Shown in pieces: positions 43,239 through 52,738 of a stretch of 64,000 nucleotides of DNA. The stretch spans positions 1,478 through 65,477 of the forward strand of contig CACBQK010000002.1 of assembly GCA_902541365.1 (NCBI GenBank), given 5' to 3'. The stretch is from an uncultured SAR86 cluster bacterium. GTDB lineage: Bacteria; Pseudomonadota; Gammaproteobacteria; Magnimaribacterales; D2472. Numbering within the stretch: position 1 is the stretch's first letter; every line of letters starts with the position of its first letter. A program made the translations under genes and the position numbers. The notes under the pieces were generated by a model. The model saw only the letters and a program-made list of their open reading frames with translations, was not told the origin of the DNA and did not search any database.

Positions 43239-43253
43239 GATATTTCAAATAAA

Positions 43254-44021
43254 ATGTCACACCCTCTTGTAATTGCAAATTGGAAAATGAATATACCCTC
43301 TGGAGGTATTTCAAGCTGGATCCAAAGTGAGATGGTATCTACTAATGATGAAGTAGATTTTAATAAAAAATCTTCATACTTTAAGTTTATGGGAATCGCT
43401 CCTCCAATTTCTCATTTATCAGAACTAGAGAATTTATTAAATTTTGGATTTCTTGGCTCACAAGATATCTCTAGATTTAATGATGGCGCAAAAACTGGAG
43501 ATATAAGTGCTGATATGGTGATTGACAAAGGCTGCACATTTTCAATTTTAGGTCATTCCGAAAGAAGAGAGTTTTATAATGAAACAAATAAGGATGTTTC
43601 AGAAAAGCTAAGAGTATGTCTCGAGAAGAATATTTTGCCAGTTATCTGTATTGGTGAATCTCTTGAAGACTATAACGCAGGTAAAACTCTTGAAGTGCTG
43701 GATATGCAAATCAAAGAAATATTTACATCTTTATCTACTAAAAAGACTGTTGTAATAGCTTATGAGCCAGTTTGGGCTATCGGCTCGGGAAAGACACCAA
43801 CTCCAGATGACGTGAATAATATTCACCAACACATTAAAGATATAGTACAATCCATCGCTGAAATTGAAGCTATTAGTTTTATCTATGGCGGTAGTGTAAA
43901 TTGTGAAAATGCTAAAAGTTTTTTTCAACAAACAAATATTGATGGGGCTTTAATAGGTGGAGCTTCATTAAATGGAAAAGATTTTTTAGATATTTATAAT
44001 GATTTTTTGGAGACATTTTAA
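43254..44021 (+). CDS. tpiA: Triosephosphate isomerase
   Basis: ANWKMN, GHSERR, AYEPVWAIG, YGGSV, LIGGASL. Confidence 0.97.
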   Translation: MSHPLVIANWKMNIPSGGISSWIQSEMVSTNDEVDFNKKSSYFKFMGIAPPISHLSELENLLNFGFLGSQDISRFNDGAKTGDISADMVIDKGCTFSILGHSERREFYNETNKDVSEKLRVCLEKNILPVICIGESLEDYNAGKTLEVLDMQIKEIFTSLSTKKTVVIAYEPVWAIGSGKTPTPDDVNNIHQHIKDIVQSIAEIEAISFIYGGSVNCENAKSFFQQTNIDGALIGGASLNGKDFLDIYNDFLETF

Positions 44022-44024
44022 GAA

Positions 44025-44339
44025 ATGATTTTATTTGTACAAATTCTGTGTATTGTCCTTGCAGTTTTGCTTGTAATTCTTGTAATACTTCAACAGGGGA
44101 AGGGCTCCGACCTCGGATCAGCATTTGGTGGAGGATCTTCTAACTCAATGTTTGGTGCTCTTGGACCTTCTAACCTTCTTGGAAGGTTAACATGGATTGT
44201 TGGCTCACTTTTCTTAATTCTTGCAATGACTCAAGCTGTTCTCTTGAAAAACTTAAACACGCAAGATAATTTAAGCTTTCCTGAGCAGGAAATCATAATA
44301 GAAGAAATAGACGAATTAGATTCACTTCCAACAGAATAA
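44025..44339 (+). CDS. secG: Preprotein translocase subunit SecG
   Basis: Two TM helices flanking QQGKGSDLGSAFGGG; follows tpiA. Confidence 0.96.
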   Translation: MILFVQILCIVLAVLLVILVILQQGKGSDLGSAFGGGSSNSMFGALGPSNLLGRLTWIVGSLFLILAMTQAVLLKNLNTQDNLSFPEQEIIIEEIDELDSLPTE

Positions 44340-44342
44340 AGT

Positions 44343-44429
44343 TGGTGCCGAAGGCGGGACTTGAACCCGCACGAGCATTAGCTCACTACCCCCTCAAGAT
44401 AGCGTGTCTACCAATTCCACCACTTCGGC
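44343..44429 (-). tRNA. tRNA-Leu(GAG)
   Basis: Reverse complement GCCGAAGTGGTGGAATTGGTAGACACG...CTATC-TTGAGGG-GGTAG...GGTTCAAGTCC...TTCGGCACCA; 87 nt, long variable arm, encoded CCA. Confidence 0.97.
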
Positions 44430-44484
44430 TTTAAAAAAACATATCATAACTCAAAATATTTAAATAAAAAAAATTTGATATGCC

Positions 44485-44512
44485 TTGACCAACTAGCTAT
44501 CATTTCTATAAA
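44485..44512 (+). promoter_or_regulatory. Sigma70 promoter for tRNA-fMet/rimP-nusA-infB
   Basis: TTGACC-16 nt-TATAAA with an upstream A-tract and a GC-rich segment before the tRNA. Confidence 0.6.
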
Positions 44513-44529
44513 CTTCACTTTCGCTGCGT

Positions 44530-44606
<77 letters not shown>

Positions 44607-44625
44607 GTCAAAAATTAGAATTTTT

Positions 44626-44650
44626 GATGGGGCATATGCCCTATTTTTGT
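44626..44650 (+). terminator. rimP-leader-like intrinsic terminator/attenuator hairpin
   Basis: ATGGGGC-ATAT-GCCCTAT stem followed by TTTTGT, between tRNA-fMet and rimP. Confidence 0.7.
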
Positions 44651-44659
44651 ATATGGAAT

Positions 44660-45139
44660 ATGGAAAAAGAGAAAATAAAAGAAATTATTGAACCCATTGT
44701 AAATGATCATGGGTGTGATTTTTGGGGTTTAGAGATCTCCCAAGGAAAGAATATTCCTACCTTAAGGGTTTTTATAGATGCCATAAATGGTGCCACTATA
44801 GACGATTGCGAGAATGTTTCTAGAGATTTAAATCTTGAACTTTCAGTTGATTCAGATTTTATAGATGATTATGTTCTTGAAGTTTCGACTCCAGGTCTTG
44901 ATAGAAAATTCTTTTATAGCTACCAATTAAATGATTTTGTAGGAAAAACTTTAAAAATAAAGTTGAAAGATAAGATCAATGATAAAAAAACATTTAAAGC
45001 AATTTTGAAGTCAGTTGAAAATGATTCTCTAGAACTAAATATTGGAAAAGAAGAATTAACTATAGACTTTGGGATAATAGATATGTGCAAATTAATGCCA
45101 AATTACAAAGAAATTTTGAGGGAAAAAAATGGAAGGTAA
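44660..45139 (+). CDS. rimP: Ribosome maturation factor RimP (likely start ATG 44660)
   Basis: LRVFID, DDCENVSR, YVLEVSTPGLDR; precedes nusA. Confidence 0.96.
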   Translation: MEKEKIKEIIEPIVNDHGCDFWGLEISQGKNIPTLRVFIDAINGATIDDCENVSRDLNLELSVDSDFIDDYVLEVSTPGLDRKFFYSYQLNDFVGKTLKIKLKDKINDKKTFKAILKSVENDSLELNIGKEELTIDFGIIDMCKLMPNYKEILREKNGR

Positions 45140-46589
45140 AGAAATTTTAGCTGTTGTAGATTCTGTCTCCTCGGAGAAGGGCCTTGATAAAGATGTTATT
45201 TTTGTTGCTATGGAGTTAGCAATAGCATCTGCTTCACAAAGACACTTTCATGAGGATGCTCAACTTATTGTTGAAGTAGACAGAGGATCTGGAGAATTCA
45301 TTACAAGAAGACAGTGGGAAGTGCTTGATGAAAATGATGAGGAATTTCATAGAGAATCTTACATATCACCTTCTGAATCATCTATGGAGATCGGAGAACT
45401 TTATTTTGAACAGGTTGATAATGTTGAGTTTGGAAGGATTGAAACGCAAGCAGCTAGACAGGTCATGCTTCAAAAAGTTAGAGAGGCCGAAAAAGAGCTT
45501 ATCGTCTCGAAATTTCGATCAAGTGACAATAATTTAGTATCTGGATTCGTTAAAAGGGTCACAAGAGACAACATCATTGTAGATCTTGGCCAGGATGCTG
45601 AAGCTATTCTTCCAAGAGATCAGATTTTACCAGGAGAAATTTTTAAAATTAATGACAGAGTTAGAGCTGTATTGCAAATAAAAGAGATTGAAGGTAGAGG
45701 ACTTCAATTAATGTTAAGCAGAATTTGTTCAGAAATGGTTACTGAGCTCTTCAGAATAGAGGTACCTGAAGTCAATGAAGATGTAATAGAAATAAGAGGA
45801 GTTGCCAGAGATCCTGGATCTAGATCAAAAATAGCTGTTAAAACTAATGATGGAAGAATTGATCCTGTTGGTGCCTGTGTTGGGATGAGAGGATCAAGAG
45901 TTCAAGCAGTTTCTGGAGAGCTTGGCAATGAAAGAATCGATATAGTAATTTATGATGATAATCCTGCCCAATTAGTAATTAATTCTTTAGCGCCGGCAAA
46001 GATTGAATCAATAGTCTTAGATGAAACATCAAAATCTATGGAGATTGCTGTCAATCAAGAAAATCTTGCACTTGCAATTGGAGCAAGAGGTCAAAATATT
46101 AGATTAGCATCAAAACTTTCTGGTTGGGACTTAAATATTATTAGCAGCGAAGAAGCAGAAGCTAAAGAAAAGGTTGATGAGACTGAATTCCTTGGAAAGC
46201 TTGTTGCCAGCCTTGAAATAAGTGAAGAATCAGCAGAATCAATTATTGAATTAGGATTAAGAAGTTTTGATGATATTGCATACGCTTCCAAGAAAAAACT
46301 TTCAAATATTTTTGAAGATGAAGAAGAAATACAAAGAGTAAAAAGTGCTGCTGAAGATGCAGCTCTTCTCGAAGCAATGAGCGAAGTTGAGCAGGATGAA
46401 CAAGATCAAGAGTCATTAACTGATCTTGAGTTAAGCGATGAACAAGTAAATGCACTGACTAAATCAGGCATCAAGAATAAAGATGATTTGGCTGAACTTG
46501 CTACAGATGAGTTAATGGAAATAATTGATATTTCTGAGGATTCAGCCTCAGAAATGATTATGAAAGCAAGGGAGCATTGGTTCAAATAA
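45129..46589 (+). CDS. nusA: Transcription factor NusA
   Basis: GRIETQAARQV, S1 and KH domains (ARDPGSRSKIAV, GACVGMRGSRV, AIGARGQN). Confidence 0.98.
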   Translation: MEGKEILAVVDSVSSEKGLDKDVIFVAMELAIASASQRHFHEDAQLIVEVDRGSGEFITRRQWEVLDENDEEFHRESYISPSESSMEIGELYFEQVDNVEFGRIETQAARQVMLQKVREAEKELIVSKFRSSDNNLVSGFVKRVTRDNIIVDLGQDAEAILPRDQILPGEIFKINDRVRAVLQIKEIEGRGLQLMLSRICSEMVTELFRIEVPEVNEDVIEIRGVARDPGSRSKIAVKTNDGRIDPVGACVGMRGSRVQAVSGELGNERIDIVIYDDNPAQLVINSLAPAKIESIVLDETSKSMEIAVNQENLALAIGARGQNIRLASKLSGWDLNIISSEEAEAKEKVDETEFLGKLVASLEISEESAESIIELGLRSFDDIAYASKKKLSNIFEDEEEIQRVKSAAEDAALLEAMSEVEQDEQDQESLTDLELSDEQVNALTKSGIKNKDDLAELATDELMEIIDISEDSASEMIMKAREHWFK

Positions 46590-46592
46590 AAG

Positions 46593-48875
46593 ATGGCACA
46601 AACAACGGTTAAAGATTTTGCAAAGACTCTTAAAATCTCTGAGGAAGCGTTACTTAAAAGAATGTCATCTGCTGGACTGTCTCATAGCAGTGCAACAGAC
46701 GAAGTAACGACAGCCCACAAACAAATTCTTCTAAGATCTTTAAAGCAGAAACAAAAACAAACTTCATCATCAATATCATCATCATCAGGGGTTGGCATAA
46801 AAGTTAAGTCTAAAGGTGGTAAAGCTGTTGCTGATTCTGGTGAAGCTAAGAGCTATTCGGACAATATTGAGGCCAAAAGACAGGCTGCTTCTGAAGCATT
46901 GAAAGCTGAGCAGGTAAAAAGGCAAGAACAACTAAAAGAAGCTGCCTCTAAAAGAGAAGCAAGATTCAAAGCAGAACAGAAAAATAAAGAGAATACAAAA
47001 GCCGCTGACAAACCTAAGAATGTTAAAGAAGAGCTTTCAAAAGCAGCTGAGAAGTATGCAGAAAGCGATGGAATGGATATTGATGATCCAAAGCATAAGT
47101 TTGAAAAGCCTCAAGAATTTATTAAAAAAGATGTTGAGATACCAGAATCTATTCAAGTTGGAGAATTAGCAAAATTGATGGCAATTAAGGGTGGCGAACT
47201 TGTAAAAACTCTAATGGGCCTAGGAGTTTCCGCAACTATTAATGATATTTTAGATCAAGAAACAGCTATATTAGCTGTAGAGGAAATTGGCCACAACAGT
47301 ATTGCAAAGGCCTCAGATGATGTTGAAGAAGAATTATTAAGTCAAATTACTTATGACGGTAAAGAAAAAACAAGATCACCTGTTGTAACAGTAATGGGTC
47401 ATGTAGATCATGGGAAAACAACACTTTTAGACTTTATAAGGAAAGCTAAAGTAGTTGATTCAGAAGCTGGAGGCATTACACAGCACATTGGTGCTTATGA
47501 GGTAAAGTCAAAGGATAGCAGTATAACTTTTATAGACACACCAGGACATGCTGCTTTTTCTTCAATGAGAGCCAGAGGTGCAAATACAACTGACATTGTT
47601 GTGTTAGTAGTCGCTGCAAATGACAGCATTATGCCCCAAACTGAAGAAGCTATAAATCATGCAAAAGCTGCTGAAGTTTCGATAATAGTTGCTATTAATA
47701 AAATGGATCTTCAGGGAGCTGATGCTGAAAAGGTAAAAGGGGATTTGGGAGCAAAAGACTTAGTACCAGAAGACTGGGGCGGCAATGTTCAGATGATTCC
47801 TGTTTCAGCCCTTAATGGTGATGGGGTTGATAAACTCCTTGAAGCAATTTCTCTTGAGGCGGAAATTCTTGAACTTAAAGCTTTTCATGAAGGAGATGCA
47901 CAAGGTGTCGTTATTGAGTCTGAATTAGATAAATTTAGAGGAGCTGTCTCAACCTTCTTAGTTCAAAATGGTTGTTTGAAGGTTGGTGACGTTGTGATTA
48001 GTGATATGTCTATGGGCAAAGTAAAGGCAATAACGAATTCATCTGGAGAAAAGATTAAGCAAGCAGGACCATCATCAGCTGTTGAGGTACTTGGTCTTGA
48101 TACCGCACCAAATGCAGGAAGCTCCTTCCAAGTTGTTAAAAATGAAAAAGCTGCAAGAGAAGTTATCGATTTTAGAGATAGTAAGCAAAAAGAAAAGAAA
48201 CAAATTAAACAAAAAGACGACAGCATGGGCGACATATTTGAATCAATGGGCCAAGCTTCGATGAAATTTCTAAACCTGATAATTAAGACTGACGTCGCAG
48301 GAACTGCTGAGGCTATAAATGCTTCTCTTGCTAAAATAGGAAATGATGAGGTTTCAATTAAGATTGTTGCCTCCGGAGTTGGTGGTATTACAGAATCAGA
48401 TGCAAATTTAGCAATTACCACTAATTCAAGTATTGTTGGTTTCAATGTTCGTGCTGACAATGCAGCAAAAAAGATAATTGAAAAAGAAGGAATCGACTTA
48501 ACTTATTACAGCATTATCTATGAACTTATTGATGATGTTAAAGCAAAATTAAGTGGATTACTTGATCCAATTATCAGAGAAGAGATAGTTGGAACTGCCG
48601 ATGTTCTTGAAGTATTTAATTCACCAAAATTTGGGCAAGTTGCAGGTTGTGTTGTTTTAGAGGGGACTGTTCTTAGGAATAAGCCGGTTAGAGTTCTCAG
48701 AGATGATATTGTAATTTTCCAAGGTGAGCTGGATTCCCTGAGAAGATTTAAAGATGACGTTAATGAAGTTAAGAACGGAACCGAATGTGGAATGGGCATC
48801 AAAAATTATAAAGATATTCGAGAAGGAGATAAGATTGAGGTATTTGATAGGAAAGAAGAATCTCAATCAATTTAA
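46593..48875 (+). CDS. infB: Translation initiation factor IF-2
   Basis: [30 protein letters not shown]. Confidence 0.99.
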   Translation: MAQTTVKDFAKTLKISEEALLKRMSSAGLSHSSATDEVTTAHKQILLRSLKQKQKQTSSSISSSSGVGIKVKSKGGKAVADSGEAKSYSDNIEAKRQAASEALKAEQVKRQEQLKEAASKREARFKAEQKNKENTKAADKPKNVKEELSKAAEKYAESDGMDIDDPKHKFEKPQEFIKKDVEIPESIQVGELAKLMAIKGGELVKTLMGLGVSATINDILDQETAILAVEEIGHNSIAKASDDVEEELLSQITYDGKEKTRSPVVTVMGHVDHGKTTLLDFIRKAKVVDSEAGGITQHIGAYEVKSKDSSITFIDTPGHAAFSSMRARGANTTDIVVLVVAANDSIMPQTEEAINHAKAAEVSIIVAINKMDLQGADAEKVKGDLGAKDLVPEDWGGNVQMIPVSALNGDGVDKLLEAISLEAEILELKAFHEGDAQGVVIESELDKFRGAVSTFLVQNGCLKVGDVVISDMSMGKVKAITNSSGEKIKQAGPSSAVEVLGLDTAPNAGSSFQVVKNEKAAREVIDFRDSKQKEKKQIKQKDDSMGDIFESMGQASMKFLNLIIKTDVAGTAEAINASLAKIGNDEVSIKIVASGVGGITESDANLAITTNSSIVGFNVRADNAAKKIIEKEGIDLTYYSIIYELIDDVKAKLSGLLDPIIREEIVGTADVLEVFNSPKFGQVAGCVVLEGTVLRNKPVRVLRDDIVIFQGELDSLRRFKDDVNEVKNGTECGMGIKNYKDIREGDKIEVFDRKEESQSI

Positions 48876-48881
48876 GATTAT

Positions 48882-49211
48882 ATGTCCTTAAGACCTGAGA
48901 GAGTTGCAGATTATCTTAAAAAAGAAATTTCAAATATTATTCTTCAAAAAGTTAGAGATCCAAGACTTAAATCTATAGTCATAAACCATATCTCTGTAAC
49001 TCAAGACATTTCAGTTGCTAAAGTCTTTTACTCCATCTATCAAGATGAAACTGAGTTAAATGAAAAAATTCTTTCAAAATTTTCAGGCATGATTAGAAGC
49101 GAGATTTCAAAATCTATGAAAATTAGACGAGTACCTAAGATCCTATTCATTTTTGATAAAACGCCAGAGGAGGCAGGTAACATAGAAAATCTCTTAAAGA
49201 ATATTAAATGA
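48882..49211 (+). CDS. rbfA: Ribosome-binding factor A
   Basis: RPERVAD, DPRL, DISVAKV, RRVPKILFIFD. Confidence 0.95.
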   Translation: MSLRPERVADYLKKEISNIILQKVRDPRLKSIVINHISVTQDISVAKVFYSIYQDETELNEKILSKFSGMIRSEISKSMKIRRVPKILFIFDKTPEEAGNIENLLKNIK

Positions 49212-49879
49212 ATTCAGGCATTTTTTTAATTAATAAAGACAAAGGTATTTCATCTAATAAAGCTATCCAAAAAATAAAAAGAAGATTGGATATAAAAAAA
49301 ATTGGTCATTTTGGTACGCTTGATCCTTTGGCAGAGGGCTTATTAGTTTGTGGAATTAATAAGGGTACAAAGTTATCAGAAAGATTTCTAAACCTAGATA
49401 AGTCATATTTCTCAAAAATCATGTTGGGAATTAAAACCACAACTGATGACTCTGAAGGAAGTATTATTGAAGAGAAAAAGATTCAAGTAAACGAAGAGGA
49501 AATTATTGAAATGACTAAAACCTTTGAAGGGGAGTCAAAGCAAAAAGCTCCATTTTTTTCTGCTTTAAAATATAAAGGAAAACCGCTTTATAAGCATGCA
49601 AGAGAAGGAAGACTGATAGAAAAAGAGCCCAGAGATATAAAAATTTATAAGATATTAAATATTGTTGTGGAAAATGCTTTTGTCTCCTTTAATATATCTT
49701 GTTCAAAGGGCACCTATATTAGATCTATTGCAAGAGACTTGGGTGACAAGCTTGGATGTGGCGGCCATTTAGTGGAGCTTGTGCGGCTCTCTCAAGGTAA
49801 ATTTGAACTTAAAGATGCAAAAAAAGTAGATGAAGTCCAAATGAGTGATTTGATAAATATGGAGGATTTATCCTTTTAA
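49208..49879 (+). CDS. truB: tRNA pseudouridine(55) synthase (no C-terminal PUA domain)
   Basis: GHFGTLDPLAEG, FSALKYKGKPLY, CSKGTYIRSIARDLG. Confidence 0.97.
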   Translation: MNSGIFLINKDKGISSNKAIQKIKRRLDIKKIGHFGTLDPLAEGLLVCGINKGTKLSERFLNLDKSYFSKIMLGIKTTTDDSEGSIIEEKKIQVNEEEIIEMTKTFEGESKQKAPFFSALKYKGKPLYKHAREGRLIEKEPRDIKIYKILNIVVENAFVSFNISCSKGTYIRSIARDLGDKLGCGGHLVELVRLSQGKFELKDAKKVDEVQMSDLINMEDLSF

Positions 49880-49923
49880 ATATAAAAGAAATTAGTTGTT
49901 AATATCTTTAAATACCTTTAAGC

Positions 49924-49991
49924 TACGCACTCAAACTTTAGACATGTGAGGTTTGACGGGTGTAAATAAATAAAAATGCATGTCCTAGGAG
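49924..49991 (+). promoter_or_regulatory. rpsO (S15) leader with predicted H-type pseudoknot
   Basis: S1: TCAAAC 49931-36 pairs with GTTTGA 49951-56. S2: loop GACATGT 49941-47 pairs with GCATGTC 49978-84, next to the AGGAG RBS at 49987-91. Confidence 0.65.
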
Positions 49992-49998
49992 AATAATT

Positions 49999-50268
49999 AT
50001 GGCGCTTTTAAAAGACGAAAAAGCTGACTTAGTCAAAAAATTTCAGAAGTATGAAAACGATACTGGATCTTCAGAGGTTCAGATAGCTTTGCTTACAGAA
50101 AATATTAATAAACTTCAAAGTCATTTCAAGACACATAAAAAAGATCATCACTCAAGAACAGGTCTAATAAGGATGGTTAATCTTAGAAGGAAACTTTTAG
50201 CATATTTAAAAAGAACTAATCCTGAAAGCTATAAAAAAATTATTTCAGACCTTAATTTAAGAGGATAA
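49999..50268 (+). CDS. rpsO: 30S ribosomal protein S15
   Basis: [29 protein letters not shown]. Confidence 0.99.
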   Translation: MALLKDEKADLVKKFQKYENDTGSSEVQIALLTENINKLQSHFKTHKKDHHSRTGLIRMVNLRRKLLAYLKRTNPESYKKIISDLNLRG

Positions 50269-50271
50269 AAC

Positions 50272-52356
50272 GTGGAAAAACATTTAGAACCGAAATCATT
50301 ATCATTTGAATATGGGGGCAAAGAAATAACCCTTGAAACAGGAAGAATCGCTAGACAGGCAACTGCTGCTGTTCTTGTTACTGTAGACCAAACACAAGTG
50401 CTTACAACAGTTGTTGCAAAAAAAGAGGCTGATCCTGGAAAGGATTTCTTCCCACTTGCAGTTTTTTACCAAGAGAAATTTTATGCAGCAGGAAAAATTC
50501 CTGGTGGATATTTTAAGAGAGAAGCTAGACCAACTGAGAAAGAAACATTAATCTCCAGACTTATTGATAGACCAATTAGGCCTTTATTTCCCGATGAGTT
50601 TAAAAATGATGTTCAGATTATGTCTACGGTTATATCTTCTGATGAAGAATTTTCTTCTGACATTGCAGCTATGATTGGAGCATCTGCTGCATTGTCTTTG
50701 TCTGGCGTCCCTTTTCAAGGACCTATTGGTGCTGCTAGAGTTGGTTTTATTGATGGGAGCTATGCTCTTAATCCGTCAAAAAAAATAATGGATCAGTCTT
50801 TCCTAGACATGGTAGTTGCCGGTACATCTGAAGCTGTTCTTATGGTTGAATCAGAGGCAAGTGAACTTAATGAAGATCTTATGCTAGGTGCTGTATTGTT
50901 TGGTCATAAATCCATGCAAATAGTTATTGATAAAATAAAAGAGTTTAGAGAATTAGTAGGTGTTGAAGACTGGGTAATTGAAAAGGATGAAGAAACACCC
51001 AAATATTTCGCCGAACTAGAATCAGATTTTTCATCTAAGATTGAAGAAGCATTCACAATTGCAAAAAAATCCGAAAGATCCGAAGCCATTAACTCAGTTC
51101 GTCTTGAAATTCTAGAAAAATATGAAGGTCTTGATGAGTTAACAATTGGAAAAGTAATGAGTGCTTTCAAAAAACTTGAAAGTCAAATAGTTAGAAAAAA
51201 TATTCTTTCAGGTAAACCAAGAATCGATGGAAGAGATTTAAATACCGTGAGGCAGCTAACAGTTGAGACTGATGTTTTAAATAGAGCACACGGCTCAGCT
51301 TTATTTACTCGAGGTGAAACTCAGGCATTGGTAGCTGCAACGCTTGCATCTCCTCGAGATGCTCAAAGGCTTGAATCTCTTGATGGCGAAGAACATGATC
51401 ATTTTATGCTTCATTATAATTTTCCTGCTTATTGTGTAGGTGAGATTGGCATGCCTATGGGCCCTAAGAGAAGGGAGATTGGACACGGTAATTTAGCTAA
51501 AAGAGCTATAAAAGGTGTTCTTCCTGATTTTGATGCTTTTGGTTACACGGTGAGAGTAGTTTCTGAGATTACAGAATCCAATGGTTCAAGTTCAATGGCT
51601 ACTGTATGTGGAACTTCTCTTTCCTTGATGGATGCCGGAGTACCTCTATCAGCTCCTGTTGCTGGAATAGCAATGGGATTGATTAAAGATGGTGATGAGT
51701 TTGCAGTTCTAACAGATATCTTAGGAGATGAAGATCATTTGGGAGATATGGACTTTAAAGTTGCTGGATCTGAAAAAGGAATAACAGCATTGCAAATGGA
51801 TATAAAAATTGATGGCATTAACGAAAAAATAATGGATCAAGCGCTTACCAGCGCAAAAGATGCAAGAATGCATATACTTGAAAAGATGAATGAAGTCCTT
51901 TCTAAGCCAAAGGAATTAGCTTCAGACGCTCCATCAATGCAAAAATTTATGGTCAATAAAGATAAGATTAAAGAAATTATTGGAAAGGGCGGTGCGGTTA
52001 TTAAGTCTATCCAAGAAGAGTCAGGAGCCGTAGTGGATATAAATGACTCTGGTGAAGTATCAGTTTTTGGTGATAATCAGGCTAAGATGCAGGTAGCGCT
52101 TGATATTATTGATAAAATTATTGAAGAGCCTGAAGTAGATAAAGTTTATGAAGGAACAGTTGTGAAGATAGTAGACTTTGGAGCATTCGTTAATATCTTA
52201 CCCGGAAAGGATGGGTTGCTTCATATTTCAGAGATTTCAGAAGAGAGAACGGAGGACGTTTCAGCAGTTTTAGAGGAAGGACAAAAAGTTACAGTTAAGC
52301 TTATCGGTTTTGATAGGGGAAAAATGAAACTTTCAATTAAAGCTCTTAGTAAATAA
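50272..52356 (+). CDS. pnp: Polyribonucleotide nucleotidyltransferase
   Basis: RLIDRPIRPLF, RREIGHG, SNGSSSM, EDHLGDMDFK, KH and S1 domains. Confidence 0.99.
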   Translation: MEKHLEPKSLSFEYGGKEITLETGRIARQATAAVLVTVDQTQVLTTVVAKKEADPGKDFFPLAVFYQEKFYAAGKIPGGYFKREARPTEKETLISRLIDRPIRPLFPDEFKNDVQIMSTVISSDEEFSSDIAAMIGASAALSLSGVPFQGPIGAARVGFIDGSYALNPSKKIMDQSFLDMVVAGTSEAVLMVESEASELNEDLMLGAVLFGHKSMQIVIDKIKEFRELVGVEDWVIEKDEETPKYFAELESDFSSKIEEAFTIAKKSERSEAINSVRLEILEKYEGLDELTIGKVMSAFKKLESQIVRKNILSGKPRIDGRDLNTVRQLTVETDVLNRAHGSALFTRGETQALVAATLASPRDAQRLESLDGEEHDHFMLHYNFPAYCVGEIGMPMGPKRREIGHGNLAKRAIKGVLPDFDAFGYTVRVVSEITESNGSSSMATVCGTSLSLMDAGVPLSAPVAGIAMGLIKDGDEFAVLTDILGDEDHLGDMDFKVAGSEKGITALQMDIKIDGINEKIMDQALTSAKDARMHILEKMNEVLSKPKELASDAPSMQKFMVNKDKIKEIIGKGGAVIKSIQEESGAVVDINDSGEVSVFGDNQAKMQVALDIIDKIIEEPEVDKVYEGTVVKIVDFGAFVNILPGKDGLLHISEISEERTEDVSAVLEEGQKVTVKLIGFDRGKMKLSIKALSK

Positions 52357-52384
52357 AATTCTAAAAGTCAAATTGCGTTAAATA

Positions 52385-52413
52385 TTGCATTGAGGTAATT
52401 TGAAAACTAATAT
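52385..52413 (+). promoter_or_regulatory. Sigma70 promoter of small membrane protein gene 1
   Basis: TTGCAT-17 nt-TAATAT. Confidence 0.55.
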
Positions 52414-52464
52414 CAATTTTGGTTTCATATGCGTGTTAACCATTACCTTTATAGGGGGGGAATT

Positions 52465-52683
52465 ATGGATAATGCAATGAAAATGATTGGTGATATAGTA
52501 TCAAGTCTTACAAAGATCCTTGTTGCTGTTATCGGATTAGGTGTTGTAGCTGGTATCGTTTTTGGTGATACTTGGTTCTTCGGCGATGTTCTTTCAAATC
52601 TTCTAGGTGTTGTTTCATCACTTGGCGATGCTGGACTCGTTGGATTACTTGTTGCTGCTATCCTAATAGGATTGCTTAAGTAA
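52465..52683 (+). CDS. Small hydrophobic membrane protein, 72 aa (paralog 1)
   Basis: AGGGGGGG RBS then ATG at 52465 (MDNAMK...); two hydrophobic, Gly-rich segments. Confidence 0.85.
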   Translation: MDNAMKMIGDIVSSLTKILVAVIGLGVVAGIVFGDTWFFGDVLSNLLGVVSSLGDAGLVGLLVAAILIGLLK

Positions 52684-52695
52684 TCATTTATTGTT

Positions 52696-52723
52696 TCAAA
52701 GGGAGATTAATTTCTCCCTTTGA
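52696..52723 (+). terminator. Perfect 11-bp hairpin, probable terminator or processing stem
   Basis: TCAAAGGGAGA-TTAATT-TCTCCCTTTGA, 12 nt after the stop of paralog 1. Confidence 0.75.
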
Positions 52724-52738
52724 CTTAAAATCTCTAGA

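Noticed and set aside
43254-43520. Divergent TpiA N-terminal half (GAKTGDIS in place of GAF/YTGEIS)
   Set aside because: The catalytic Lys, His and Glu motifs are intact, so this is most simply ordinary divergence.
46761-46787. Imperfect (TCA)n run encoding [10 protein letters not shown] in infB
   Set aside because: Short, in-frame, and in the variable IF-2 N-terminal linker; no sign of a phase-variable locus.
47963-48460. Long antisense ORFs (e.g. 165 aa opposite infB; also those opposite dnaE, pepA, dapE, ftsH and lptF)
   Set aside because: They lie wholly inside well-supported genes, carry no motifs, and are the usual shadow frames produced by codon bias.
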